A stretch of 64,000 nucleotides of DNA, taken from NCBI GenBank assembly GCA_020536535.1, contig JAHLWZ010000636.1, forward strand, positions 135,427 through 199,426, read 5' to 3'. The notes below the pieces were generated by a model that was not told where the DNA came from, ran no database searches, and saw only the letters and a list, made by a program, of their open reading frames with translations. Positions 10,001-23,886 of this stretch are shown piece by piece. Every line of letters starts with the position of its first letter. Within the stretch, counting starts at the first letter, position 1. The DNA is from Pelomyxa schiedti (lineage: Eukaryota > Protista > Evosea). Position numbers and translations under genes: made by a program.

Positions 10001-13000
10001 TGTCCAAAATTGTGCTACGACGAAATGAGGGGAAAAAAAGATAAAGAGTTGTACCATATAACTTCACCAATGGTCATGGTCTGGCGCACACTAACTGGGG
10101 ATGGCTCCAGCTCCCCAGGGTGAAGAACAAGAAGTTGCACATCGTTTGAAGGGGAAACGGGTGGAGGGAGCTCTGCAGGTGTTTCCTCTGCTGTTGTATC
10201 TTTAGGCTCAAGTCTGTTTTTATGTTACAAAATGATAATTGCAATGATAATACAGGCAAGATTTTTTATAGCACAGCTCCTCTGTGGATGCGGATCCTCT
10301 TGTGTTTAGCCACTCGGCAAGAAGAAGAACAGGTTCCAGACAATACGGCGCTTGTTGATATTGCTGCACTTCCAATATGACTGTGGCCTACAGAAGTATG
10401 TTGATAGGCTGTATTCCATTGACAACGATGGAAACATACTTGAAGACGACACTTAGTGAAATTCACTTTATCTTCTATCCAGGTTGGATTTCCTTCCTCT
10501 TTCTAAAATGAGATAGGAGAAGCCAGAAGAGGGGAATTGACCTATGAAAGTCAGGTCAGTGAGATAGACTCCAAGGTAGGGAATGCACGGCTTTTATAAG
10601 TGAATAAACAAATCAAAAACTAGGAAGAGAGACTGGATGGATGTTGTGCAGTTTTTGTCGTAGTCGGGCATTATTTTTGGTACTCTCCATCAAGTGTTTA
10701 CAAGAGTCGAAAGTAGTGCTGTGCCATGGAGATATTCCCTAGAGAAATTTAAGGGGGAAAAGGATTTATTGGTCATACAGTCCAGGTTTTCTTCATTCTG
10801 TGTACTATGCTGTTTGTAAGACCCGCAATAACTTCCATCAGAGCGTTATAGTTTTGGAGTTGTTCAAGATACTATGTATTTGGGAAAGGTTGGCAGGTAT
10901 TGTGGTAGGTAAAATAAAACACACATCAGCCAACTCAATGAAACGTTCTAGAACCCTAATTCTCGTTGGAAGGTCATCAGCAGCAGTAATTTCTTCATAA
11001 ATCCACTTGCTTATCTATGACTCATTTGTTGAGGGTAAAAACAAATTCATTCTTTTACCTTATTGAAGTGCTGAATCATTTTTGAAACATTGGGAGCTAG
11101 GGTTTTATCTTTTTTTGTCCAGGAAAGTCCTATAAGCTCCCAGGGCTTAATCGCACAATAAATACTTTGTTCAACAAGTGTCAGTTGCCTTGCAATTTCT
11201 TTCATCTTTTGTTTATTTTAATGATGTGAAACTTTTTTTTTTGTGCAATTCAAGTGAGATAAATACATGTAACGTCTGCATTGAAAAAGAAGTAGATGCA
11301 TTATATTGTTGTCCAAGAGCAATATCCAGTGGAAGAAGAGGGAGTGGTGGTTGTCTGTCAAAAACTATCTGCTTTTTTGTCTCTTCACCGCTAACCTGTG
11401 TTGTGTGTATTTGAGTTTTCCTTGTTACTTGGCGGGTAGAATACAGCTCTGTTCAATGAATGAAGGACCCTTTCTGCGGGGTTTTTCATTGCCGCTGAAG
11501 TTTCCTCCAGGAATTCTCTCACCCGACTTATTAGCTCAGCCTGGGTGCTACTGTTCCAGAGGCGCTCAATCCAGGTTCTCAAAACATTGAAAACTCTAGT
11601 TGTATAAGGCAATGCATACAAATCAAATAATTACCTAAGCCGTATTGGTGTCAGTACATTTTTTGTCCAAGAGTCCATGTCTGCTGGTGGAATGGTGGGA
11701 TGGTAATTGTAGCTAGATCGGAAGTCAGAACATAAGTTGTATTGAAGAAACAAACCGAGCAATGAGTAGTTCCAAAAGACGAGCGGGAGGAGTGTGTCCA
11801 TTGTGAGTGAGCAAGAAATGAAGCATGAAGTGAAGATCTTCGCCACCATTTTCTGAGGTTAGTCGAATAACAAGACCCTCGACTGTGCCCAGTTTCACCA
11901 ATCCATTATGTTCTACGACACATCTGCACATGAATAAATCTCATTGTTGAGAGTTAAGAATTGCGGTGCTATGAATGGGTTTTATTTTTGAAGAGGATTC
12001 TTTGTACGACTTGCCCAAGTTTTCACAACTGATTGATGGGGAAGAAGTTCTCAATTGGTCTACTGAAGTCGATATTTCACTGCCATTTGGAGCTCCCATA
12101 GTACCCTCCTGCGATGTCGAAGAGGCACTGGATCTATCTTCATTGTTGCCAGTATTTTCTACGTTTGTATTGTTTGTGTCACTGCAGGTTATTTGGGGTT
12201 TGCGTAGTGGTGATAAAGCATTTCTATGAGCACTGACCAGAGCGGCTTTGGATTCATTCAGTGCCCGGGCTGTTGGTACTGCAGCCCTTGTTGACCTCAC
12301 AAATGAGTTGGATGTTGTAGCGGTGCTGCTTGATGATGTTAGAGAGCCGTTATTTGAAGAAGTGCCCTCTGCACTAGCGCTAGTGGGTGGCGTTGTGCCT
12401 GGTTGTACTGTTGCCTGCGTTGTGCCGCCAGAACTTAGAGACGGGGGAGGTGACTTTGGAGAAAGAGGGGGTCCATTTGTCACCAAGCTTCCGTTCGCCG
12501 AATTTTGTGTGGAACTCGATTGAGCTGTTGTGGTTGTGGGCAGTGGTGTTACATCAGGAGTCGATTTCGGCTTTTCATTAGCAGCAGCTAGAGGAATACT
12601 CACTGGGGGAGTGGGTACGGGCCTGCCAGTCACCCCAGTGCCATTGCCACCATTACCATTACCATTACCACTACCACTACCATTACCATTAGCATTAGCA
12701 TTCCCATTGATGCTTGTAGTATTACTTTTTTCTTTTTCGGGCTGCGGTTGGGCAGGTGCCACTGCCTTGTTCTCCACTTCCCTGCTTGTGGCCGTTGAGG
12801 ACGAGGGCGGTGAATTCAGTGCAGGAGACGACGACTGGGACGGGGACGACGGGGACGAGGAAGAGGGCTGAGACTGGGGGAGTATGCTACTAGGTGGCTT
12901 GGTCAGAGGGGGAGCGGGCCTCTGCTTGATGGTGGAGGCCACGGACTTGGGCACCCCGGGCAGCTGCCTCCCCGTCGTCGGCGACACCGACCCTGGCCCA

Positions 13001-13506
13001 GAAGTGGAGCTGCCGTTGCCATTCCCGTTCCCGTTACTGCTGTTGCTGTTGCTGTTGTTGCAGCTATTACTGCTGGTGTTGCCGTTGCCGCTGCCGTTGG
13101 TGGTGGGCGCCCCCACTGTGTCGGTGGCCTCGTCGGCGGCACCCCCTCCGACTTTGTTGCTAGTGTTGGTGTTGGTGTTGGTGTGAGTGTGAGTGATACG
13201 CGGGGGCACCGGCGGCTTGTTGGACGCAGACTTGCCGTGTGCACCACCACCAGAAGAGGACGACGGCGTACCAGACGACGAGGAGGGGGACGGCGGCGAC
13301 GACGACAGTGGCTGTGAAGACGACGACGCTGCTGCCGTGTGGTTGGTGTTGGTGGTGGTGTGGGGAGAGGGTGAAGTATGGGGCGAGGCGCTGGGCTTGG
13401 TTTTGGACGACGCGCCGTGTGTGGTTGATGTTGGGGGGCGGGTGCTGCTGGGAAATGGGTTGTGGGTGCTGGTGATGGTTGGGCTGGCTGTTGTGGCCGT
13501 TTTCAT
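7049..13506 (-). CDS. Large multi-domain signalling protein: low-complexity N-terminus, REM + CDC25 RasGEF, putative RA/ubiquitin-like region, PH, RhoGAP-like domain, S/T-rich tail
   Basis: REM: VKLGTVEGLVIRLT..FLLTH..PIRLRVFNVLRTWIE. CDC25: [78 protein letters not shown]..WFAVL. RhoGAP: FGIDM..VPPVMREVLNCL..VKLYLAELPEPLLT..QQLPFPNSALLTYVLSFL. Confidence 0.85.
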
Positions 13507-13792
13507 CGCCCTAAAAAATTAAAATTTGCCGTTTTATTTTTTTGTTCAAGGCTGTTAGCCAAAGGGACTGGCTGTAATTCTCCCGCGGTGATTTGCGTTC
13601 AAAGATGAAGCCGATCCAAAAACAGATGTTTTGTACGTAACAATCACAGGGGTTTTTTTGTGGGGGTAAGGGCTTGGGGATGCTTGTACGTCCAGAAAAA
13701 CTCGAGAGCTTTGGTTTATAAGGCTCCAAAATCGCCTGATATTGGCCTTGTAGATTGATGGTGGGTTAGCTATGGGAGTGGAAGGTCAACCC

Positions 13793-15034
13793 TTACTTGG
13801 ATTCAGCCAGTTTTAGCCGTGGCAGATACAACGCTGGGCCCTCTGCTTGGTGGCCTGTGACCTTCTCATAATAGGGTAAATCTGGGTGGTTGTTTTCGCT
13901 GCTAGTGGAGTTGATGTAGTAGAACCGGGTAATTTCCGTTGCAGCGGTCACAGTGGGATGCGTTTCAGCAGAGTCTGCTGGCTGGATTGGTGTGACTCCC
14001 TCTGGGCCATAATTCAGCGGGGGATTTGGGCCACTCCCAGTGTAGGCAATGACATATCTAGAGGCAATCTCGTATCCCTGTGAGTTGAGGTTTTCAAAGT
14101 CCGTTGAGAACCGGGTTCGGTTGAGTTCAACTGCAAAAGTCGAGTGTGTCAGGGAGCATAGAAGAGTCACAACTCGGTGGGCAAAGAATTTGTGATTCAT
14201 GGTAAGAAGGGATGTGATCCGGTTGATATAGAATAAAAGTGTGGCGAGCAAGAAAATAAATACAGGGTTGTTGTACACTTGTGGTGGAATGTGGAGACCT
14301 GAATCGTGAAGAAATGAGAGCTGAGTATGTAAGTACAAAACCTAAACTTCGTTTTAGGGGAAAGAGACAGCGCATGCTTAGAAACCATATACTCGGCACA
14401 TATGGTATGGGTATCTGAGTAATTGAGGGATTCGTCACGGAACCGTTTGTAGTAAGTTTTATAGTGAGGTTCCGTAGTTGATGCACACCTCATAACAAAA
14501 TTGCTGTGTCAAAGAGTAAAGTCAATAAAATAAGTACCTCTTTTCAAAAGAAAAGCAAAAAAAGGCCATACGCGGTTTCATCATAGATGTGTTTCCAAGT
14601 TGCCTCCCTACATACAGTAGGCAGTCTTTCTTCCTGCACTGGGAATGTAGGAGGATTGCACATTGCACATTGACACATGGAGTCCTGATCCACAGGACAC
14701 GCCCCGTGGTCGCGCTGTACCCCTGGGCACCTGCACAACAAATTGCATGCCCTCTCCAATTCATTCAACAACTTCCTCCCAGGACTAACATGGTCAATTA
14801 GCCGCCAATCGCCAGAAACACAAGTTGCACATACAGCACCCCCCCCCCCACCGCCACAATTACACAGTGCGACAGTTAGATCACAAACCATTTGGCGACT
14901 GTCACCGGGGAGCCTCTGTCCGCCTGTAGGTTCTCTCCTGGCTCTTTGCAGTACGCAGCCAGTGCCGACGTGAATATAGTAACGGCTTCGTACTTCTTCA
15001 TGGCTAGGTGCACATCGAAGGTGGTTGCGGCCAT
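13793..15034 (-). CDS. Multi-exon hypothetical protein (Cys-rich middle)
   Basis: Consecutive minus-strand exon-like ORFs with GT-AG junctions, from MAATTFDVHLAMKKY to ..LYLPRLKLAESK*. No family recognised. Confidence 0.5.
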
Positions 15035-15139
15035 TTCGTAGTCCCAACGTTGTGGTTGGTTCCAATAAAGCAAAGGGGAGTTTCGTGGAAACAACAAATT
15101 AGGTTTTGCTTGATTTATTTGGTTACTGAAGGTGTGTTG

Positions 15140-16456
15140 TTAACAAGTGGCAAATACAAGACGCAGTGCCCTCAAGAACTGCTGCTGGAACCTAAGTGTA
15201 GGATGAGAACAAAGGTCAGGGTCAGAAGGGAAAGGGTGGGGGTGCGCACCAACTTCGGTACCAACTCTGTAGGTTCTGATAGCTTCCCACTTGATTTTTG
15301 AGTGTGTGACGGGCAATGCTCTGCGCAGGGCCTTGAAGGATGTTTCACCCATTGTTGTATAGCTTGTATCAAGAGCTTGGTGGAAAGCTTGCTCCACCTT
15401 GATGATGGCTTTCATGGCGTTGGTGGCTAGAGCGGTAGGATCCTATAAGGAAGTTATTAGAATTCCACAGCAGTTTTTTTCCGGGACTTACTGCAGCACC
15501 CGGGGCCGTGCATTTCTTTGTTGTGTCTGTTTGCAACTGAACATTGCCATCCTCATAGTAGTGCACTTGCACACGGATGCGTCCGGATAGTTGCATATTA
15601 CCCGACTTGGCAACAACTACTTTCCACTCCGCACGCCACCTTCCATTCCTTAAAAAAAAAGGATGAGAACTTCAATCAAAAGGGGATATGAAAGTACCAA
15701 AAGTTGGAAGGACTGAACTTAGCAGAAGATATGCAAACAAAAATAGCATTTTCAGCCCTTGAAGAATATACTGTAGCTGTCCCATTGGGATAGTGGTCAA
15801 CACAGTAAGTCAATGCCTGCTTTTCGATAGCGGCACGTGCGGGCTCCAGGTCAGGTGAAAGTTCGCCTGAAAGAGGCCTAGCACTGAGAACCTCCTAGTG
15901 CACGTTGAGGGAGATAGCCTCACGAAGAAGTGAATCTACCTGCTTAATGTGGTCGAACTGAAGAACTTGCTGCCCAACAGGATCAACATATTCGTTTTCT
16001 CCAACTTCACCATACTTGGAAATAAGAACCTTGTTTTTGGAATGGTGTTAGTCGGGGAAAAAAAAAAAACCTAATTGAAATCACCTTGTGTGTGCCTCCT
16101 GGGGCATCAACTTGAACCATTTGGTCACAATTGTACTCTTTGAAAGTGGCAGCGGCGGTACTGTTCAACAACGATTCATTTGGAAGTAAACGTCGCACGT
16201 CTGAATACATAGAAAACGAGGGCGTTAAACTTTACGAAAAGTGACGAGATCTCATTAAGTGTTGATGGCCCTTCGCCGACTCATTACACGTGTGGTGCGT
16301 TGCGACAAACGAGAATGACACATGTCAAAACAAAAAAAAAAATGACAGCGCAAACAGACCTGTAACAACATCCAAGAACTCGCCCGGAGGAGCGTTCATG
16401 AGAAACCTTGTGGCGATGTCGACAAGCTCCGCATCCGTTGGTCCGTCAGCAGCCAT
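15140..16456 (-). CDS. CAPZA: F-actin capping protein subunit alpha
   Basis: FLMNAPPGEFLDVVTDVRRLL, SAKFSPSNFWNGRWRAEW, IRVQVHYYEDGNVQL, FKALRRALPVTHSKIKW. Confidence 0.95.
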
Positions 16457-16778
16457 TTTGGGTTTTTTTTTTCCTTTTCTTTGTAATTTTTTTCTTTCTC
16501 CTTCTCCTTCTTCGCTTGTTTTTTTTTCGTTTGAGATCTCTGAACATGTCGGCGTTTGTGATGGTTCAAATTGACATTTTGAAGCTTTTTTTGGGTGCGT
16601 ATTTTCGGTCTTTACTTTGCCTGGTTTTTCATAGCTGAGACCAGTAACAGTCTTCGTTAGCCGTTGGCCGTTTATTCTTTGTCTGTTGTAGGGTTTGTAT
16701 GTAGAAAAAGACAAGTGAAATCCATATCCCACACAGAAGGGTACCTATCAAAGAAGACTTGTAACAAGATAGCAACGA

Positions 16779-17406
16779 TCACAGATGATCCATAGAGGCG
16801 TCGGTGGGTGCAGCCGCTGTGGCAGTTGAGGCAGCAGAACTGCCGCTGGTAGATGCGGAAGCAAGAAAGCCTGATATTTCATTCAGGTGGTCCTGAACTA
16901 TCATAAGCTGTTCCATAGCTAAATGCAATTCCAGACGTTGAGTGTAGGATGTGGAGTAGACTTCAGGGAGAGCCTCTGATGTGAATGGTTGATCCAGTAC
17001 CCGTTGCAGTTTATTATAAATGTCCTTTGTTTTTGGAATTGTAATTAGTACGTGGATAGCTGAGTTGCAAAGCAAACCACAACGAGACCGTAAAACTTTG
17101 AAGGGCAACTCTCAACTTCAACACTTGTAGACTTTTCCCTTTTACTTAACTGGGCAAGCTGAAACCACAAAACAAAGGTCAGTCAATACGTAGAGATTGA
17201 ATGAATAATGGAGCAACACCACCGCACGTCCTTTCGGCCACGCTCAGCAGTTCTAGTATCGCCTGGGGAATGTCATTAAAACACCACGCCATTCAGGGGA
17301 TCTACGCGCTCCTTCCCGCTCTCTCACTACACCATCATAATCTCACTGGGCGTACCTGTTCGACTTCAGCCAACTCAGCCAAAGATGGGACGCCGGCGTG
17401 GGCCAT
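16779..17406 (-). CDS. Mediator subunit 11-like protein
   Basis: Short helical protein SLAELAEVEQAILELLSVAE..LAQLSK..F..DIYNKLQRVL..STSYTQRLELHLAMEQLMIVQDHL. The pattern resembles Med11 (recognised by eye, no search run). Confidence 0.55.
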
Positions 17407-17498
17407 CTCTACAATGTGCAATATATTTTGTTAATAAAATCAGAAATGGACGAAATGATGGAACATGGCCGGCAAAGCAATTTTTTTATTTTTTTCGC

Positions 17499-18855
17499 TC
17501 AAGGCTTCACAAAAAGACCCTGAATCCATACACGGTACATAGTGATTTTTCTTTTCCTGTTGAGGAGTTCTCTTGTGTCATAAGCAATGTTTCCAATCGT
17601 GAAATTGCAGTCTGTGAAGAATTTCCCTAGGGACTCTGTGTTGTAGGTTGCGTTAGACAATCTGACGGGAATAGCAAAGCCATCTCACCAATAGAAAAGA
17701 AATGAGCAACAGTGCCGTCGCCACGCAAGTAGACATTCTCACTCAGTTTCCTGTTTTTCTTGGAAACAAACCGCATCTGGGCAAGGTCGTAGAGCCCATA
17801 ATCTCTTATGAATATCTTTCCTCCGGGAGCTAAAACTTCCCAGAGGTTGCTGATGACGGTATTGAGTTGATGCGGAAGTATAGCAGATAATGTGAAGACG
17901 ATCACTATAACATCAATGCTGTTTCTTGGAATTGTTTCCAGAAGTACTGGAGGCAGGGGCTGCGTAAGGTCACACACAAAAGGTTTGCAACGAGAAGAAT
18001 CGAACTTTTCATGTTTCTATAAAGTTAGGAGCGGGGGGAATGGAATGAGCGCAACTCAAAGAGGTCGCGAACTTTACCTGGAGAATATCTATGGCCCGTG
18101 GAGAGCAATCACATCCAAAGAAGTGACACTCGGGAAGAAGAGCCATTAATGGCAGGAGAGTGTTTCCAACACCACACCCTGCTTCAAAAATCTTGAATTT
18201 ATTTGCTATGGTACTGTCTATATTAACATATCTTAACATCCCATTAACATTAAGCACTTCCTTAGGAGGGGCAAATAAATGTAAAAAGAAGAATCCATAC
18301 CCTTGTGCGAGGAGGCAAAGCCGCTATCTCAGGGAAGCTGTGGGCCAAGTAATTGCGGTCTTTGAAGAACTTTGCTTCGAAGTGGTCGTAGAAGGTCCGC
18401 CAGGACCCGGCCGAGTCGCGCTCGATCTCCGCGAGGCGGTCGGCGCCCACGTCCACGTCGCCGTCGGCCGAGGACTCGCGCGCCGCGATGGCCCTGGCCG
18501 CCGCCTCGGCCCGCACCACGTCCCACGGTATCTCCGCCCACGTCACGTCCGTCCTCCGCGGCCTCACCCGCTCCCTCTCCCTCTCCCTCTCCGCCTCCCC
18601 GTCCCTGCCCCCGTCGGTTTCCTCTCTCCCGCCCTCCTCCTCGGTGGCTGTGGCAGAAGCAGCCGCGGTTGTGGTGGTAGTGGTAGCGGTAGCGGTAGTG
18701 GTGGTTGCGCGTGCCGACCCACTACTCTCTGATGCTGCTTCGTCGGTTGTGGTGGTGGAGTCTGAGGAGGGCTTCGTTGTAGAGGTGGTGTGCAGGATGT
18801 TCCAGAACACGTCGTGGTACTCGTGGTCCTCCGTGTGCGTGTCGTTGGCTGCCAT
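17499..18855 (-). CDS. METTL6: tRNA m3C methyltransferase (METTL6/METTL2/Trm140 family)
   Basis: WRTFY..FFKDRNYLAHSFPEI, IFEAGCGVGNTLLPL, GCDCSPRAI, FTLSAI, PGGKIFIRDYGLYDLAQMRF, YLRGDGT, NRKRKITMYRVWIQG. Confidence 0.88.
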
Positions 18856-19068
18856 TGTTCTCTGGTCGGCGGGTGACTACCTGAGTCAGTCCTAATTTCG
18901 TGATTGTGTTTCTGTTTTCGTTCCACTCCATTTGTTTTTTTTTTTTTTTTATTCCTTATTTCGCACAGTGCGATCAATTGTACGCACGCGGATCGCTACG
19001 CGCTCATTGTCTAGGAATCAGCGGCGCCCACTGCGGTTTGGATTACGATAGGAAATAGAAAAGAAACT

Positions 19069-22000
19069 ATGCACTCGACACGCAATTTTGCGCTGCTTGT
19101 GGTCGTAGCGGTCGCTGCTACTGTCATTTTGTCGTCTACGGCGGTCGTACGTGCGCAGAGCCACCCGGCCACGTGCGGCGGTTTCGTTCGCGCGGACAGG
19201 GTCGCCGCCGGCGCATCGCAGCATCCAGATCTTACAGCTGTAGTGGTGACGTTGTCTCCGGCGTCGGGCGGTGCCCCTCAGACTGTGGAGTGCACTCCTG
19301 TATGCTACCCCCCTTTTTTTTTTTTTTTTTTTTTTTGCCCCTTCTTCTTCTGGCGCACTGACAACATATGATAGTTTGGGTATTATGTTTTACCAATTGA
19401 CGAGAATGTGCGAGGAGTTTATTCCATCTCTATAAACGAACCTACAGGCTGGAGTTTTGGTGTGTCCTTGCACTATGCTATCAAAACAAGTTGGTAACTA
19501 AAACCAAGCTCCTTCTTCTGTTTCTGTGGATTTCTCCAACCCACATGCCTGTGAAAATGATATTGACTTCTCGATCATGGGCTTTGCAGTCACAGGCTCG
19601 GTTGTTGCGTAGAAATACCTTTCTTTCTTCTCATTGGGTGGACAGGTAGCTGTTACAAACTCTGATAGGTGTCCAGCAAGTGTATCCCCTTCAGGAGTCG
19701 CCGTGCAGTTACTCACTGAACATGGAAGCATCATCTCACGTATCTTAATAATGAATTTATGTGGGACTAACACCAGTTGCAGAGACCAAAACGACAAATG
19801 GAAATTTTGTTTTCACCGAAGTTCCACCAGGAGTATATACTTTACAGGTTTCCCTTCCCGGCACAAAATTCCTGCAGGTTTCCCTTCTGATTCCTGAAGA
19901 ATGTAAACCCTCATTTGATTTGCAGGATACCATGCAAGTGGAAGTGGTGTGGGGTAATGTTGCTTTAGAGAAACCATTTGAGATTGTTGGCTTCGATATC
20001 AAAGGGACAGTTGCTTCTACTGACAAGGAATACATTGGAGGGGTTGAACTAACATTATACGATTCTACCAAGACACCAGGTACCTTTTTGCTTGAAAGAA
20101 AAAAACCAAAAAAATTGTTTTACACTGAACTTTAGTTGCACAAACATTTTCAAAGCAAACCACTGGCGAGTTCATCTTTGAGAGCGTTTCTTGTGGTCAG
20201 TACACTATAATACCACAGTACAAAAGTGGAGCAACTGTGTACAATTTGAACCCATCTGAACTCCCTATATCTGTCACATTCGGTTTGCATTTTATTCGCT
20301 ACTCCCTGATAACACCATCTAGGACGAGTAGTATTAGACAAACCTTTTATTGTTGTGGGCTTTTCTATTTCTGGTATGCACAAAAAGCTGTCCCTTTTTT
20401 TTCATACCGTGTCAGGTCGAGTATTGAACAGTGAACAATCACATGTGGGAATTGAAGGGGTTTCTGTAAGTTTTGATGGCACACCAGCTGCAACAACAGA
20501 TTCCGACGGGTTTTTCCTTTTACTTTTTCTTCATCACTTCTCAACCAATCTGCAGAAGCTACACCTTAGAGCAAGTCACATCTGGCAAGCATGATATTAC
20601 AGCAAGTCTTCCTCACCATGGCTTTTCTTCAATAAAGGGGTTACACCTTACCCCAAATTCGGGATCTCTTCCAGATATTATTGTTTCTAGGTAATCTCTC
20701 TTTATCTGATTTGTTGATTGACCTTACTAGTTATGACGTGTGTGGGATTGTTACACTCCATAAAACCCCAGCCTCATTCAGTGTAACATCTATTGGTGTT
20801 CAGCTTTTTTCGAGTTCATCGAAAGCCAAACCAAAAACAATGTAAACATGTCCCTTCACCCACCTCTTTGATTGATGCAACACAGCTATGTCAAATCTAC
20901 TGGTGAATTCTGCTTTGAGAGTGTTCCCAAGGGGGAATACAGAATTGCTCCTGTTCAGACATCCTCCAGTCCTGTTCAGTTGCTCCCTTCTTCCCTGACA
21001 GTGAATGTTGACAAGCCAGTTCTCAACTTGAAATTCACTCAAGTTTCTTCAATTTATTGGCTAATTCGTTCATTAAACGTTTTCTAGAGTCTTTGGGCAA
21101 TCTCAGGCCACATTGTTGTTCTCGAACCAGAATCAGCCCACCCCGCTGATTTGAAAATTACTATGTACCCAGCCATCATAAAAATCCTTGTACTTTCCTA
21201 ATCTAATATTAAGGGAAGGACCAGCTTCTGCAACAGCCACCATCACCCCAGATTTCAAGTTTTCTTTTACCGGACTTCTGTCTGGTACCTACAAACTCCA
21301 AGTTGCCCAAGTTAAGGGCTGCTATTGCTGGTCTGAAAATGAGATCAATGTCAAAGTACTGTGTTCTTCTAATCATTCCTCGCCAACTGACATATCTTTT
21401 CATTAGGTCTCTAATGGCAATGTGGAGGGAATCACTTTCATACAACATGGATTTTCTGCCAATGTTGATATTTCCCATCCATCTTCTGGTTGTTCTTCTC
21501 TCAATCTTTTTTCTATCTAATATCTCTTCAGTTGTTGCCAGTAACAGTTTAAATACAATTACCAAAAATCTTACACGAGGTCTCAACAGACTTTGTTTAC
21601 CTTCTACAGGTATAGCAAAATTTTGTTAGGTTATTTCACTGGCAAACACTGTAATTGCAGGTGACTGGTCAATGACCCTTAGTTCTTGTGCCCTTTTTGG
21701 CAGTGCTCCTTCATTGGGGATTAGTCACCTTTCCTGCCCCTCGTTATCTCTCAAGGCGTCTATGATTCTTGTGCAAGGCTCTGTGCACTTTGCTGGAATC
21801 CCAGGTGGACCTCAAGACCACCCCGTGAATGTCAGAATGTAGTTTACATAAAAGCAATCAAGTGCCTAAATCTATTTCAGGGAGAGCATTTTGTCAGATG
21901 GTACACCAGAGAAGATGTCTGAGACTAGTGGTTAGTCCACCATTTTCCCTCTGACTTTTCTTTCTATTCTCATCTTTCTTCCACATTATAGTTTCCCAGT

Positions 22001-23733
22001 CAACAGCAACATATTCCACAAGTGGAAAAATTGGGGAGACAATTAGATTTACTCCCCAATCTTCAAAATTACTTTTTACCCCTCCATCACGCACAATCAC
22101 CGTAACATCTAATGAATGCCCTGTCACAGTGCTACCATTCGAGGCATCTCTTGGAGTGTATGCGCGAAGTACCTACATTGCCACTTCTAACTTAAAATAG
22201 GTTCCTACAAGGGCATGTCGTTCCTGCAATGGAGGGAGTGGAAATGACCGTCTCTACACAGGGCACAGAATCTACTTTCACTGTTCTTACCGATAAACTG
22301 GGCAGCTATTCTGCAGGGCCTTTACCCAGTGGAATATCTTACTCTGTGGTGTGTACCGTTGCTTTTTGAGGTTGTTTTCACATCTCTAAGTCTTGTAACA
22401 TGGCTGGCTTCAATTGTGTTCCATCGGGAGACGGAAACTTTCAAATTACGCAATTGATCAACTTAAGGGTTCGTGTAATGGAACCTGGTGAACCAGCCCA
22501 ACCTCTTGCTGGGGTTCTTGTTTCAGTCTCCGGCATGCAGTTCCGCAGCAATAACTTTACACTCTCCAATGGAGCCGTGTTTTTGACTGGTCTGACACCT
22601 GGTCAATACTTCATTCGACCTGCTATGAAAGAGTATACCTTCACTCCCTCAACAATGGTACAGCACTTTTCGTTCCCAGTAAAAACTTAAAAAAAAAAAA
22701 CCAAATAGCAAGTCGTGCTGGAGGAGGGGAAGGAGGATACTGATGTTTTATTTGATGCCAAGCGCGTTGCTTTCAGTGTCTTTGGCTCAGTTCATTTCCT
22801 AAATGGCGAACCTTTTTCGAATACCGCTGTTTTGGCAACTGCACCTGTAACCACATGCCTATCCCCCATTTTTTTTCTAATTTGTGTTAAGGGACATACC
22901 GAAGAAGCACACACCGACAGCACTGGACAATACCGAATTAGAGGCTTAGTTCCTAATACACCATACACCATAACTCTGAAATCAACCGAAGACAAAGGTA
23001 CGTTTCTTCACTTTTTACTATGTTAATGCCTTGCAAGGAATTTCACATTTGATGCCCAGCAAACACACTCTCACTGTAGGACTTTTGGATAGTCATGGTG
23101 CTGATTTCATCGTCGTCACGGCACCAAATGACTGCGTTATATCAGGGACTGTTGATGCTTTACCTGAGGTACTGCAATATCTCACAGTCACCGCCTCTCC
23201 AACCACGGGGGCTGGTGCATCTGTTTCTGCATCACTTGGACCAAGTGACCACTTTGAACTCCACAAGTTGAAGCCCTTCCAAAAATATGACATCAGCGTT
23301 TCTGGTTCTGTACCAATGGGCATGCAGTGTGAGTGTTCCCCAATGCCAGCAACTACTGTTTTAGCAGGAGCTGATGGGGCAGTGCACAAAACGCTAGAAC
23401 TGTCTTATCCATGTGTCTCACATTTGGTATGGAGAATCCAAGAGATCTTTTACTTACACTTTGTAGGAAAAGGCAATGCAAGAAGAACCATCATCACCAA
23501 TACTTCCTTTATTATTTTCTATTATTGTAGTCATTGCAGCCTATAACTGGACTGCAGTATGTTTCCCTTGTTACCTGGAAAATTGGCTGACACCACCCAA
23601 GGTAAAACAAAAAGCTTCACAAACACTTCACCGTTTTGGAGTTTCTCTACCAAAATCCATAAATGAAGCAAAAGCCTACGCCGACAGTTTCGGAAAACGA
23701 GCCCCCAGAAGAGAAAAGAAGTTGAGATCATAA
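19069..23733 (+). CDS. NOMO: Nodal modulator (NOMO)-like ER type-I membrane protein with repeated beta-sandwich domains
   Basis: Signal peptide, then CGGFV..VECTP-FGYYVLPI..EPTGWSF..DIDFSIMGFAVTG; later LAGVLVSVSG..RSNNFT..LTPGQYFIRPAMKEYTFTPS..AKRVAFSVFGSV..GQYRIRGLVPN; C-terminal TM helix and basic tail. Confidence 0.88.
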
Positions 23734-23886
23734 ACTCTCCCAGTCCAGTACCACAACCCAAACCCACACGCACCTCCTCAAAGTAAAAAATTTTTTGTTG
23801 AGATGCTTTGCTCAACGGTACTGTAGTAGGGACGAGTAACACCCTATTGTATTTTACTTCTGTGGCAAAAAATAAAACAGATGGCG

